DNA from: a bacterium BMS3Abin01
Lineage (GTDB): Bacteria > Actinomycetota > Thermoleophilia > BMS3ABIN01
Length of the DNA stretch: 64,000 nt
Direction of reading: 5' to 3'
Assembly: GCA_002897715.1 (NCBI GenBank)
Contig: BDUA01000039.1
Coordinates: forward strand, 244-64,243
The number at the start of each line of letters is the position of its first letter. Positions within the stretch are counted from its first letter, which is position 1. This document shows, piece by piece, positions 9,181 to 18,568 of the stretch. Under the pieces are notes generated by a model. That model was given only the letters and a program-made list of their open reading frames with translations, ran no database searches and was not told the origin of the DNA. The position numbers were made by a program, and so were the translations under genes.

Positions 9181-10619
9181 AGAAGATCCTTCCGGTGATT
9201 ATCGCGGCGGGAGGCCACCACGTACCGCAGGAACTCCCTGGAAGCCCTGATGCTCTCACCGGGATGGCGGGTCAGACTCCCTATCTTCCTGGCGATATAG
9301 GCGGGGTTTAAATAATAGCGGCGGTAGAACTCCGCCTCCCGGCCGGTGCCGGCCTGATTCCTGAATTCACAGGTATAGGGCTTCAGGGAAAAGACGATGT
9401 TGTCCTTCTCCCGCTCGAACAGCTCCGTATTGGGGTAGGGAACCAGAGTGGAGACGGCGATGAATTCCAGTTTCAGCTTCTTTGCCAGGGCGATGCTCTG
9501 CTCGAAATCCGCCCGCTCCTCCACCGGGGACCCCACGATGAACCAGCCGACCATCTCCAGGCCGCTCTGCCGTACTTCCCTGAGGTTGTCCATTACCGCA
9601 TCCAGCCGGTAACCACGCTTGAGGTAATCGATCACTTTCTGTGAGCCGCTCTCGATGCCCACATAGATGCGGCGGCAGCCCGCATCCCGCAGTGCCGCGG
9701 CCACCTCCCCGTCAATGGTATTGGGACGGGTGAGACAGCTCCAGGTTATCTCGCTGGAGAGGTCACGCAGCCCGGCGCATATCTGCAGCGCTCTCTCCCG
9801 GGAGGCGGTAAAGGTATCGTCCATGAAACGGAAGTACCTGATGCCGGAGCCCTCCACCGCCGACCTCACCTCACTGACCACATGTTCTGCGGAAGCCTTG
9901 ACGAACTTGCGGCCGTAGGTCCTGACACAATACACGCAGGGGAACGGGCATCCCCTCGAAGACTGGAAGGTGGTATAGGGGTGGCCGAAAAACGGCTCGC
10001 CGTAGCGGGAATGGTCGATGGCGGCCTGGTCGGCGAACGGCAGTTCGTCCAGAGATTCGATCCGCTGATAATCGGCGGGGATGAACTGCCCGTCATCTTT
10101 CATGGCAGCCACACCGTCACCTTCCAGCGGTTGATTGTTCATCAGCCTCTGGAGAGCCTTGCGGAAGGAGTTGTCCGGCTCGCCGACCAGCACAAAATCG
10201 GTTTCCGTCGCCCTCAGGCATTCGTGGCTGAAACTGCTGGGAAGGTGGCCGAAGGTGCCCACCATCGCTCCCGGTAACTCCTTTTTCAGTCTTGCCATGA
10301 ATTCCACGTCATTATCGAAGAATTCGATCGCCATAATGGCGACGACCATATCGGGATCGTATCTTCCGGCCTGCTCCAGTGCTTCTTCCGCTGACAAGGC
10401 CTCGGCGATGCAGTCCATCAGACGCACCTGGCAACCACCCTCCGCCCTGGCCTGCGCCGACAGATACATCAGTTCCATGGGGGGGAACAGAAAGTTTGGC
10501 GCGTTGTATGAGCAGACATAACGCCGGATAATCTGGGACCGGTAAGGGGGATTGATAAGAAGTACTTTCAAATCACACCGTCCGGGTAAGTAAATATGCT
10601 GTGTATGGTAGTATAGCAA
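9177..10619 (-). CDS. Cobalamin-binding (class B) radical SAM enzyme
   Basis: 'LKVLLINPPY' B12-binding-like N-terminus. 'SSRGCPFPCVYC' radical SAM motif. Confidence 0.8.
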   Translation of the reverse strand: MLYYHTQHIYLPGRCDLKVLLINPPYRSQIIRRYVCSYNAPNFLFPPMELMYLSAQARAEGGCQVRLMDCIAEALSAEEALEQAGRYDPDMVVAIMAIEFFDNDVEFMARLKKELPGAMVGTFGHLPSSFSHECLRATETDFVLVGEPDNSFRKALQRLMNNQPLEGDGVAAMKDDGQFIPADYQRIESLDELPFADQAAIDHSRYGEPFFGHPYTTFQSSRGCPFPCVYCVRTYGRKFVKASAEHVVSEVRSAVEGSGIRYFRFMDDTFTASRERALQICAGLRDLSSEITWSCLTRPNTIDGEVAAALRDAGCRRIYVGIESGSQKVIDYLKRGYRLDAVMDNLREVRQSGLEMVGWFIVGSPVEERADFEQSIALAKKLKLEFIAVSTLVPYPNTELFEREKDNIVFSLKPYTCEFRNQAGTGREAEFYRRYYLNPAYIARKIGSLTRHPGESIRASREFLRYVVASRRDNHRKDLL

Positions 10620-10663
10620 GGCATGGAGGAATACATCGGCACATCCCCCCCTGGTTTTCAGTC

Positions 10664-11059
10664 ATGATCTTCATGATTATCGGCATTACTTTACTGGCGA
10701 GCACGGCCGATGTCATGCTGAAGGTCGGCGCCTCCCGGGCCGGCGGCGCCTTGACCGACCCGCTGGTCCTTATCCAGATCCCCTGGGTCTGGCTGGGCGC
10801 GATACTTGGACTCGCCGCCATGGCCCTGTGGATCTACGTTCTGAGCAAACATCACATCAGCCATGCCTATCCGATATTCGTAGGCATGACCTTCATTAAT
10901 ATTTCGCTGGCCGCCGGCATCTACCTCGACGAGAGGTACAGCGTCAGGCGGCTGTCCGGCACCGTGATGGTTCTGGCGGGTATTGTCGTTGTTCACATCT
11001 TTTCCCGGGATCTCGCCCCGGCCTCACCGCGGCGGCGGGAGCGGGGGAAACAGGATTGA
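10664..11059 (+). CDS. Small 4-TM EamA/SMR-like membrane protein, ArnE-like flippase subunit
   Basis: ~130 aa with four hydrophobic helices. Adjacent to, and coupled with, a second paralogous small 4-TM gene, as in arnE/arnF. Start chosen at the internal Met after the divergent promoter; the track ORF starts at 10601. Confidence 0.55.
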   Translation: MIFMIIGITLLASTADVMLKVGASRAGGALTDPLVLIQIPWVWLGAILGLAAMALWIYVLSKHHISHAYPIFVGMTFINISLAAGIYLDERYSVRRLSGTVMVLAGIVVVHIFSRDLAPASPRRRERGKQD

Positions 11060-11060
11060 C

Positions 11061-11426
11061 ATGGATGCCGCCTGGATCCCGCTGGTACTCTCCGTCTCGC
11101 TTTTCGCGGCCCTGGGCAACACGCTGTTAAAGCTGGGGGCGGACCGCGGGCCGGGTGAAGCGCCCATCACTATCGGCACCCTTCACCATACACTGCTGAA
11201 ACCGGTGATTATCGTCGGTGTCGCCGCCTATGCCGTCTCTCAGGTGTTGTGGATCACGGAGCTGAGGGTTACCGACCTCTCGCTTGCCTATCCTCTGCAG
11301 ATCGGCCTTAATTTCACCATGATCACCGGTATCGCCCGGCTCTACCTGAAGGAACCGATGTCCACCGGGAAGCTGATGGGCATAGCCCTGATCCTGGCGG
11401 GTATCGTCCTGGTGACCACCGGCTGA
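11061..11426 (+). CDS. Small 4-TM EamA/SMR-like membrane protein, ArnF-like flippase subunit
   Basis: ATG at 11061 lies 1 nt after the upstream TGA, with a 'GGGGGAAACAGGA' Shine-Dalgarno-like stretch upstream. Four TM helices. Confidence 0.55.
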   Translation: MDAAWIPLVLSVSLFAALGNTLLKLGADRGPGEAPITIGTLHHTLLKPVIIVGVAAYAVSQVLWITELRVTDLSLAYPLQIGLNFTMITGIARLYLKEPMSTGKLMGIALILAGIVLVTTG

Positions 11427-11450
11427 GGCAAAACCGGCATGGTTTGAACC

Positions 11451-12866
11451 TCAGGCCCAATGAAGGAAATCCTTCGCCATGCGCGCCAGGGCGCCGATGT
11501 CCCCGGTGGACTTTATCTTTCCCAGCGTTTTCATGACCACATGCGGCTGGCGATAGAAGCTCAGATAAGCCCGGTCCCTGGCGGCCATGACCTGTTCAGT
11601 GCTCAGTGAGGGCGTAGAAAGGATAGAGGTGTTCTGCTCGAAGTATTTCCAGTCCGTCTCACCGAGCCATCCGTTCTCGATGCTCTGTTCGTAAAGTTCG
11701 GAGCCGGGGAAGGCGACGGCGCAATAGAACTGCGCATAGTCCAGCCTGAGGAACCTGGCGAGATCTATCGTCATTTGCAGCGATTCCTCTGTTTCACCGG
11801 GCAGGCCCAGGATGCAGTGACCGGTTACTTCCAGCCCCACCTCATGGGCCATCCTCACGGCGGTGACCACATCGGTGATAGTGGTTTTCTTTTTTACCGC
11901 GTCCAGTATCTCCTGGCTGCCGCTCTCGATGCCGAACCCGATCATCCAGCAGCCGGCTTCCTTGATGGTCCTTAAAAACTCGGGGGATACCGTATCCACC
12001 CGGCTGTTACATACCCAGCTGACGTCCAGGTTGCGATCGATCATCTCCCGGGCGGTGGCTATCGCGTAATCCTGGTCATTGGTGAAGGACTCCGCCCAGA
12101 ACAGGAAATCCCGAATACCGAAGCTGTCCCTGATCCAGGATATCTCGTCCACGATCCTGGCGGGAGACCGTTTGCGTACCCTGGCCCCGTAATAAGCCTT
12201 GCTGGCGCAGAAGGTGCAGGCGTAGGGACAGCCGCGGGCGCTGGCGACCAGCAGGTACCGCTTGCCGGTGAAGGGCAGCCGGTAGCGGCCGGTGTCCACC
12301 AGGTCCCAGGCCGGGAACGGCAGCTCGTCCAGATCCTCGATGAACGGCCGCCTCTCATTATGGTGGACGATACCGTCCCGGCGATAGGAGAGCCCCGGGA
12401 TACCTTCCAGAGACCTGTCCTCGCTTATGGCCGCGGCCGCGTCCCGTATGGAGTATTCCGGTTCGCCGCGAACGATGATGTCCAGCCGGTCGTTGATGGC
12501 AAAACATTCATCCGGCAGGGTGCTGGGATGTATGCCCATGACCAGCGTCCGGCAGGCGGGAGCGGCGTCCTTTACCAGCGCCGCCACGGCGATATCCTGA
12601 TCGATGGAGGTGGTAGCCGTGTTTATCACCACCAGCGACGGCTGCCAGTCCCTGACCTCCCGGCTGACATCCTCGCCGCTGATATCCTCGACGCTGCCGT
12701 CGCGTATCCTGACTTCGAACCCCTCGTCCCTCAGCACGGCGGCGACGGTCGCCAGGGACACCGGCGACCATACGGTCGTCCAGGCGTCGGTCCTCTGCAT
12801 GCAACGCCCCTCCCTGATGACGTTCACCCCCTGCTCCGGCGGCGGGTTCAGTAACAGCACTCTCAT
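11451..12866 (-). CDS. Cobalamin-binding (class B) radical SAM enzyme
   Basis: 'MRVLLLNPPP' B12-binding-like N-terminus. 'SARGCPYACTFC' motif. Confidence 0.8.
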   Translation of the reverse strand: MRVLLLNPPPEQGVNVIREGRCMQRTDAWTTVWSPVSLATVAAVLRDEGFEVRIRDGSVEDISGEDVSREVRDWQPSLVVINTATTSIDQDIAVAALVKDAAPACRTLVMGIHPSTLPDECFAINDRLDIIVRGEPEYSIRDAAAAISEDRSLEGIPGLSYRRDGIVHHNERRPFIEDLDELPFPAWDLVDTGRYRLPFTGKRYLLVASARGCPYACTFCASKAYYGARVRKRSPARIVDEISWIRDSFGIRDFLFWAESFTNDQDYAIATAREMIDRNLDVSWVCNSRVDTVSPEFLRTIKEAGCWMIGFGIESGSQEILDAVKKKTTITDVVTAVRMAHEVGLEVTGHCILGLPGETEESLQMTIDLARFLRLDYAQFYCAVAFPGSELYEQSIENGWLGETDWKYFEQNTSILSTPSLSTEQVMAARDRAYLSFYRQPHVVMKTLGKIKSTGDIGALARMAKDFLHWA

Positions 12867-12901
12867 GTGATGATCATCATCCGGATCAACCTCTCAACCT
12901 C

Positions 12902-14281
12902 TCAATTGCTGTAGGAGATCAGGGCCTTCAGTATCTCTTTTACCTGGCCGGGCCGCGTATTGCGGAGCAGATGCCACATCTGATGGGGGCGTCCGTAGAA
13001 TCTCAGAACCGACCGGCGCTGCCAGCGATTCAGCTGCCTGGCATCAAGATCCCCCATCGGGAACGGCGTGAAATAGTTGAAAGCCCTGTAATCTATGCTT
13101 CCATCCCGGGAACGGTCCAGTACCTGCTCCTGAAAGATGGCCGATCCGGGCAGGGGAGCCAGCAGGCCGAAATTGGCCCGGTCGAAAGGAACCTTCAGGG
13201 CAAAGGATACGGTCTCCTTGATGGTATCCACCGTCTCTCCCGGCAGGCCGATGATGAAGAAGCCGTTGGTCTCGATGCCGTGACCTTTGACCATCTCCAC
13301 CTTGCCGGCCACTTTTTCCAGGTTCAGCCTCTTGTGGTTGATGTCCAGCACCTTCTGGCTGCCGGATTCGATGCCGAACCCCAGGGCGTAACAACCGGAG
13401 CGCCGCATCAGGTCCAGCAGTTCATCGTCCAGCGAATCGATGCGCACGCCGTTGGGTGTGCTCCAGACGATATCCAGCCCGCGCCGCAGCATCTCTTCAC
13501 AGATGGCGGCCGCATGGCTGCGCTTCAGGGTGAAATTATCATCCTCGAAATGTATCTCCTGCACCTGGTAATCCTTAACCAGCATCTCAATCTCATCCAC
13601 CACGTTCTCCGGCGACCGCGTCCGCCATCTCTTCCCCCAAAGGGTGGTAGAGGCGCAGAAAGTACAGTCAAAGGGGCAGCCGCGGCTGGTCATGACCGAA
13701 CCCACGGGAAACTTCCGGGAAAGCAGCTGGTGCGGCAGGTCCGGATATGTGCGGGGGTCCATCAGCTCCCATGCCGGAAAGGGCAGGGAATCCAGGTCTT
13801 CGATGAATGGCGAGCGCCGGCTGCAGCTGACCTCATCACCGACCAGCCGGCAGACACTCGCCAGCTCACCGTCAGGGCTGCGGCCGGCCGCCAGCGCATC
13901 GACTACCCGGGGGAACACCAGCTCCGCCTCGCCGATGATCCCCAGCGGCACCCCCAGGTTCTTCAGAGCGTCATCGGGGACCGCCGTGACATGGGGACCG
14001 CCGATCACCAGCGGTACGGACGGCAATTTCTGCTTGATGGCGGCAATCAGCTCCTGGGCGGGAAGATAGGCGGTGCTGAGGATGCTGATACCTATGAGGT
14101 CGGGCTTCAGCAGGGCAAGCTCCCTGACCCCGCTCTCGGCGCCCAGCCGCCGCCTGGCGAGATCCAGCAGCGCCACCTCGTGGCCTCTTTGCTGGACACA
14201 GGCCGCCAGATAACCCAGCCCCAGGGGTGGGGTTACAGTGTGGGCGCTTGAGTTGGGAGCAACCAGGACTACTTTCATCAC
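12902..14281 (-). CDS. Cobalamin-binding (class B) radical SAM enzyme
   Basis: 'MKVVLVAPNSS...IGGPHVT' B12-binding-like N-terminus. 'TSRGCPFDCTFC' motif. Confidence 0.8.
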   Translation of the reverse strand: MMKVVLVAPNSSAHTVTPPLGLGYLAACVQQRGHEVALLDLARRRLGAESGVRELALLKPDLIGISILSTAYLPAQELIAAIKQKLPSVPLVIGGPHVTAVPDDALKNLGVPLGIIGEAELVFPRVVDALAAGRSPDGELASVCRLVGDEVSCSRRSPFIEDLDSLPFPAWELMDPRTYPDLPHQLLSRKFPVGSVMTSRGCPFDCTFCASTTLWGKRWRTRSPENVVDEIEMLVKDYQVQEIHFEDDNFTLKRSHAAAICEEMLRRGLDIVWSTPNGVRIDSLDDELLDLMRRSGCYALGFGIESGSQKVLDINHKRLNLEKVAGKVEMVKGHGIETNGFFIIGLPGETVDTIKETVSFALKVPFDRANFGLLAPLPGSAIFQEQVLDRSRDGSIDYRAFNYFTPFPMGDLDARQLNRWQRRSVLRFYGRPHQMWHLLRNTRPGQVKEILKALISYSN

Positions 14282-14306
14282 AAGGGGCGGCGATATCCGG
14301 ACTGTC

Positions 14307-14993
14307 TTATTTGATAAGGTTCTTGATCAGGCACCAGACATACCTGTAGGCGACCTTCCACACCACGATCTGGGATTCACCTGCACGTCGCTGATATTCA
14401 TGAGTGGGAACTTCGGAGATACGGAAGCCCCGCCTCAGGCACTTCATTATCATTTCCTGCTCGATGGTGAAAATATCTTCTGTCATCATGATGGTCCGCG
14501 CCGCCTCGGTGGAAATGGCCCGGAAACCGTTCTGGCTATCGGTCAGCTTGACATGCCAGCGGTAATTGATCGACAGGGTGATTATGGAACTGCCGGTGCT
14601 GCGGATAAATTTGCCCATGTCACCGAAAAGCTCGTCGCTGCCGCCCTTCCAGCGTGAGCCGACCACCAGATCGGACCTCCCTTCGGCAATGGGGGCCACC
14701 AGCGCCGGGATATCATCCGGGTCGTGTGACAGGTCGGCGTCGATGAAGACCAGGATATCCCCCCGGGCGACCTCGATAGCCTTCCTGATGCCATCGCCCT
14801 TGCCATGGCCATCATCCAGGACTACGGTGGCGCCCAGCGATTCTGCTATCTGCCGCGTACGGTCCTGGGAGTGACCATCCACCACCAGGGTCTCATCAGC
14901 GTGCGGCATCACACCGGTTACCGCTTCTTCGATAGTGGCCTGTTCATTGCGCGTCATGATGGCCACTGTCACTTTTTTATCGTTACCTGCCAA
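14307..14993 (-). CDS. GT2 glycosyltransferase, polyprenyl-phosphate sugar synthase (Dpm1/ArnC)-like
   Basis: 'KVTVAIMTRNE', 'VVDGHSQDRT' and 'FIDADLSHDP' (DxD). Start refined to TTG at 14991-14993, preceded by AAGGAG at 7-nt spacing. The track ORF extends to 15116 and would overlap the upstream gene by 34 nt. Confidence 0.7.
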   Translation of the reverse strand: MAGNDKKVTVAIMTRNEQATIEEAVTGVMPHADETLVVDGHSQDRTRQIAESLGATVVLDDGHGKGDGIRKAIEVARGDILVFIDADLSHDPDDIPALVAPIAEGRSDLVVGSRWKGGSDELFGDMGKFIRSTGSSIITLSINYRWHVKLTDSQNGFRAISTEAARTIMMTEDIFTIEQEMIMKCLRRGFRISEVPTHEYQRRAGESQIVVWKVAYRYVWCLIKNLIK

Positions 14994-15082
14994 ACGATTG
15001 CTCCTTGGAATTAGAGGGTAGCATACGCCCCTGACTATCGCTACGCAGCCGTCTCGCGGCCCTTTCTCCCGGCTATGCCGGT

Positions 15083-15910
15083 TCAGGCCATGAAGGGGGA
15101 CCCGATGAAGGCACACAGTCCGTTGACGAATTTATCTCTTTCCCTGCCGCGAATCACATCGGAGGTCTCGTTCCTCACCGGACTGTCGGTCACCAGCAGC
15201 GCCATGGCGGTCTTCAGGCCCATATAGTTTGCCAGAGCGAACTGGCTGGACGCTTCCAGCTCTACCGCCAGCAGACCGTCCCGGTTCCAGGATGAGATTA
15301 GCTCCTCCGTCTCCCGGAAGACGGCGCCGGTGGTAACAATGGGCCCCTGTCTGACCGGTAACCCCCGCCCGTCGAGAAAACCGGCAAGAGCGGCGGTAAG
15401 CTCGGGGTCCGCCGGAACCAAGTCACCGTACTCATAGCCGTAATGGAGCGACAGGCAGTCGCCCGCCCGGGAGGACTCGGCCACGATGATGTCACCGCAG
15501 TCGATATCCTCCTGCAGGGCGCCGCAGGTGCCCAGGCCGATGACCGTATCGACGCGGGTGAACTTCAGGCTGCGCATGATGCCCTCCAGGATGACCGTCC
15601 CCGGCGGCACCCGCATATAGCCCACCAGCCGGCCACCGATATAGCCCGTGTACAGGGCGCCGAAATGCTTATGGCTACCCAGCAGGGGGCTGAGGAAATC
15701 CTCGCCCAGGGCCAGCAACATTACCCTGGGGGTAAAATCATGGGGGTCGCTTCCCTGGAAGACCCAGCGCTCAGAGGCGAAACGGATGAATTTTTCTTCC
15801 CAGTTGGTCATCATGTCTCCATTTACAATTTCATTATCCTTAAGCCACTCCCGTTCGTGTCCCGCCGCCCCCGGTGCCTGTATCATATCCCCCATCCGGA
15901 AACCGGACAA
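15083..15910 (-). CDS. MTA/SAH (5'-deoxyadenosine) nucleosidase family protein (Pfs/MtnN-like) with N-terminal extension
   Basis: Aligns by eye to E. coli MTAN: 'VIGLGTCGAL' vs 'SGIGKVAAAL', 'GDIIVAE...GYEYGDL' vs 'GDIVVSD...GYEYGQL', 'AVELEASS' vs 'AVEMEATA'. Confidence 0.75.
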   Translation of the reverse strand: MSGFRMGDMIQAPGAAGHEREWLKDNEIVNGDMMTNWEEKFIRFASERWVFQGSDPHDFTPRVMLLALGEDFLSPLLGSHKHFGALYTGYIGGRLVGYMRVPPGTVILEGIMRSLKFTRVDTVIGLGTCGALQEDIDCGDIIVAESSRAGDCLSLHYGYEYGDLVPADPELTAALAGFLDGRGLPVRQGPIVTTGAVFRETEELISSWNRDGLLAVELEASSQFALANYMGLKTAMALLVTDSPVRNETSDVIRGRERDKFVNGLCAFIGSPFMA

Positions 15911-16012
15911 CGCCGGCCGTAGCCGCTGGACTTCCGCCAGGGACTTCCATGTTCCATAACATGGTCGCGGGACGCAAGGACAGTCCCGCCGGCTGGACAG
16001 CGGGCGCCGCCG

Positions 16013-18562
16013 CTACACAGTGTAATCGCCGTGGATGAATCGCCGCGCATATTCGTCAGCGACCGCATCGCTGATCAACGGCGCATCCAGCTGGCGGGTA
16101 TAGGCCATGAGCCTGCCGACCTGATCCAGGACGCGCAGGGCTTCCGCCTCGTTCACGTTGGTGACCACGCCCGTGATCAAGTCTCCCTTTATCTCGGTCA
16201 CAAAACCAAAATGCCGGAGTATGGTTTCCAGCATGTGGACCCGCCGCACCCGTTTGGAGACGGCCGCCGCCCCGCCCAGAAAGCGGAAATAGACGTGATT
16301 ATTGACGGATTTGGTATCGACGAAAGCGTCGACTATGGTGAAATGGTAACCGAAACGTACGGCCAGGTTCAGGTAGCGCCGCGATATCACGGCCAGGTTT
16401 ATATGGACGCTGTCCTGGATATCCCCGGTGCGCATGCTGGCGGTCATCAGGTCCGACAGGCTGACGTTGCCTACGCTCTGGCGCCAGGCGCCCGGATGGG
16501 TCATCCCTTCAAGAACGGCCCGCAACGGCGCCGAATTCACCTGCTCCATGGAAACCTTTTTTTCCGTATCCGGCTTCAACCCGTCGCCGATGTCGATAAC
16601 ATGTATGTCTTCCATCAGGGAGATATCCAGCTGTTTGAGCGAAGCCCGCCGGTCGGCATACCGCGAGGAGTCGATCAGCTTCTGCATCGATTTTTCGTGC
16701 ATGAACCTGAGGATATCGTGGACGGTGCGGCAGCGTTCCGGCAGGAAATCATCGGTAAAGGGATTTACCAGGTTCAGCGGCGCGATGAACTTCATGATGT
16801 ATTTTTTCCGGCGGAACTCGAACAGCTCTTCCAGCTTGATGAAACTGTCGTGATGCCCGCCGATGATTCCAGTGGCCACCCCCCGGTACACCACCATGCC
16901 GCCATCCTCGCCGGCCTTCAGGGTGATCTCCTCGCCGGACTTTATCAGGTCGGTGGCGTTGCCGGCATTGACCACAGTAGGAACCCTGAACTCGCGGCTG
17001 ACTGAAGCCATATGGCTGGTGGCGTTGCCCGAATCGGTGATAATGGCCGCGGCGTAGGGCATGACGCGGACGAACTGGGGTGAATCGTTGCGCGCGACCA
17101 GTATGGCCCCCCAGGGAAAATCATCAAGGGTCGACGTTTCATCAACCATAAACGCCCTGCCGCCCACAACCCCCGGATAAACCACTATGCCCTGGTCGTG
17201 CATAAGCACCGGGTGCTCTCCGGCCGGTTGTGCGTCCACTGTTTTCGTGGTCTCCCCGCCGGCGGGCTCCTGTATCCTGAGGAGCCGTGACTGCAGGATA
17301 ACCACCCGTCCGTTCCGATCCAGCGCCCATTCGATATCCTGGGGCTCATGGTAAAAGTTCTCGATCTTCATCGCCTGCCGGGACAGCTCAGCCAGCTGTT
17401 CCTCATTGAGCGAGGGGGCGCGCTGCCGGTCGGCGGACACCTCACGCTCCTCCAGCCCGCCCGCCGCGGCCATAACGGCCATGGTGTCCTTCTTCCCCAG
17501 CCTGATCTCTTCCGGCTGGAAGGGGGGTGTCTTTTTTACCCGGAACGTATCCGCTTCGGTGAGATTGTCCACCACGGAGGTTCCCAGCCCCCAGGCGGAG
17601 TTGATCAGCATCGACTGCCGGTCTTTACCCATGGGGTTGACTGTATAAGCCACACCACTGGCGACGGCGTCCACCATGGCTATGACCCCCACTGCCATCC
17701 TCATGGCGGCGGGGCTGTAGTTGAGGTTCAGCTGATAGGCGATAGCATCTTCGGAGAACAGGCTGGCGACGACCCGGCGGTAAGCGTCCAGAACGGCGTC
17801 CACGTCAGGGGATACGTTCAATACGGTCTCGAACTGGCCGGCGAAAGAGAAGACCTCATCTTCCTCTTCACCGCTGCTGCGCACCGCCAGGCTGCAGGCG
17901 CCTTCACATTCCTGCCGCAGCCTTCCCAGCGCCTCCTCCACTTCCCTCTTCAGGGAGTCCGGGAACCCGCCCGCCATTACGCGGGCGCGCAGCTCCGCCA
18001 GCATGCCGGGCTCGTACTCATGTTCTTCCAGCTCGGCGAGGTCCTGGTCCAGATGGTTATGCCTGATGAAGTCATCGTAAGCGTGAACGGTGAGGACGAA
18101 CCCATCGGGGACCGCCAGCCCCACGGCGTTCTTTACCTGGGAAAGGTGGTAATTCTTGCCCCCCACCGCTTTCGCCGCCTCCGGCAGGATATCATCGAAG
18201 GATATCAGCCGCCGCTGAGCCCTCTTTGCCTGAGGGTTGAGCAGCTCCCGGATATGCAGGTCGATGCTGTTGAAAACCGGTTCAAGCTGCGGATACTGGC
18301 CATCAGTAAGCCGGTTGAAATCCGCCAGGGAAACCCGCATGGCCGTAGCCAGCTCGCTGTAGGCCTCCCGCATATAGGCGATGTCGAACAGGTACCCCCC
18401 GCTCATCTTTTCGCTCATGTCATTAATGATCTTCAGAGCGCGGTCGTTATCATCGAGGATCTTCTTGTAACCCTGGAATACGGACTGGATATTGACATGC
18501 CTGACTTGCAACTGACTTCCGTATCGCCCCAGCAGGGACCGCATTTTCTTCAGTATGGCCAT
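16013..18562 (-). CDS. PEP synthase / pyruvate phosphate dikinase family phosphotransferase (PPDK_N ATP-grasp + phosphohistidine swivel domain + divergent C-terminal domain)
   Basis: 'GGKNYHLSQVKNAVGLAVPDGFVLT' PPDK_N signature. Mobile-domain 'DSGNATSHMASVSREFRVPTVV' (TSHAAI-like phospho-His). The ~330-aa C-terminus does not resemble the canonical PEP-utilising TIM barrel. Confidence 0.7.
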   Translation of the reverse strand: MAILKKMRSLLGRYGSQLQVRHVNIQSVFQGYKKILDDNDRALKIINDMSEKMSGGYLFDIAYMREAYSELATAMRVSLADFNRLTDGQYPQLEPVFNSIDLHIRELLNPQAKRAQRRLISFDDILPEAAKAVGGKNYHLSQVKNAVGLAVPDGFVLTVHAYDDFIRHNHLDQDLAELEEHEYEPGMLAELRARVMAGGFPDSLKREVEEALGRLRQECEGACSLAVRSSGEEEDEVFSFAGQFETVLNVSPDVDAVLDAYRRVVASLFSEDAIAYQLNLNYSPAAMRMAVGVIAMVDAVASGVAYTVNPMGKDRQSMLINSAWGLGTSVVDNLTEADTFRVKKTPPFQPEEIRLGKKDTMAVMAAAGGLEEREVSADRQRAPSLNEEQLAELSRQAMKIENFYHEPQDIEWALDRNGRVVILQSRLLRIQEPAGGETTKTVDAQPAGEHPVLMHDQGIVVYPGVVGGRAFMVDETSTLDDFPWGAILVARNDSPQFVRVMPYAAAIITDSGNATSHMASVSREFRVPTVVNAGNATDLIKSGEEITLKAGEDGGMVVYRGVATGIIGGHHDSFIKLEELFEFRRKKYIMKFIAPLNLVNPFTDDFLPERCRTVHDILRFMHEKSMQKLIDSSRYADRRASLKQLDISLMEDIHVIDIGDGLKPDTEKKVSMEQVNSAPLRAVLEGMTHPGAWRQSVGNVSLSDLMTASMRTGDIQDSVHINLAVISRRYLNLAVRFGYHFTIVDAFVDTKSVNNHVYFRFLGGAAAVSKRVRRVHMLETILRHFGFVTEIKGDLITGVVTNVNEAEALRVLDQVGRLMAYTRQLDAPLISDAVADEYARRFIHGDYTV

Positions 18563-18568
18563 TACGGT

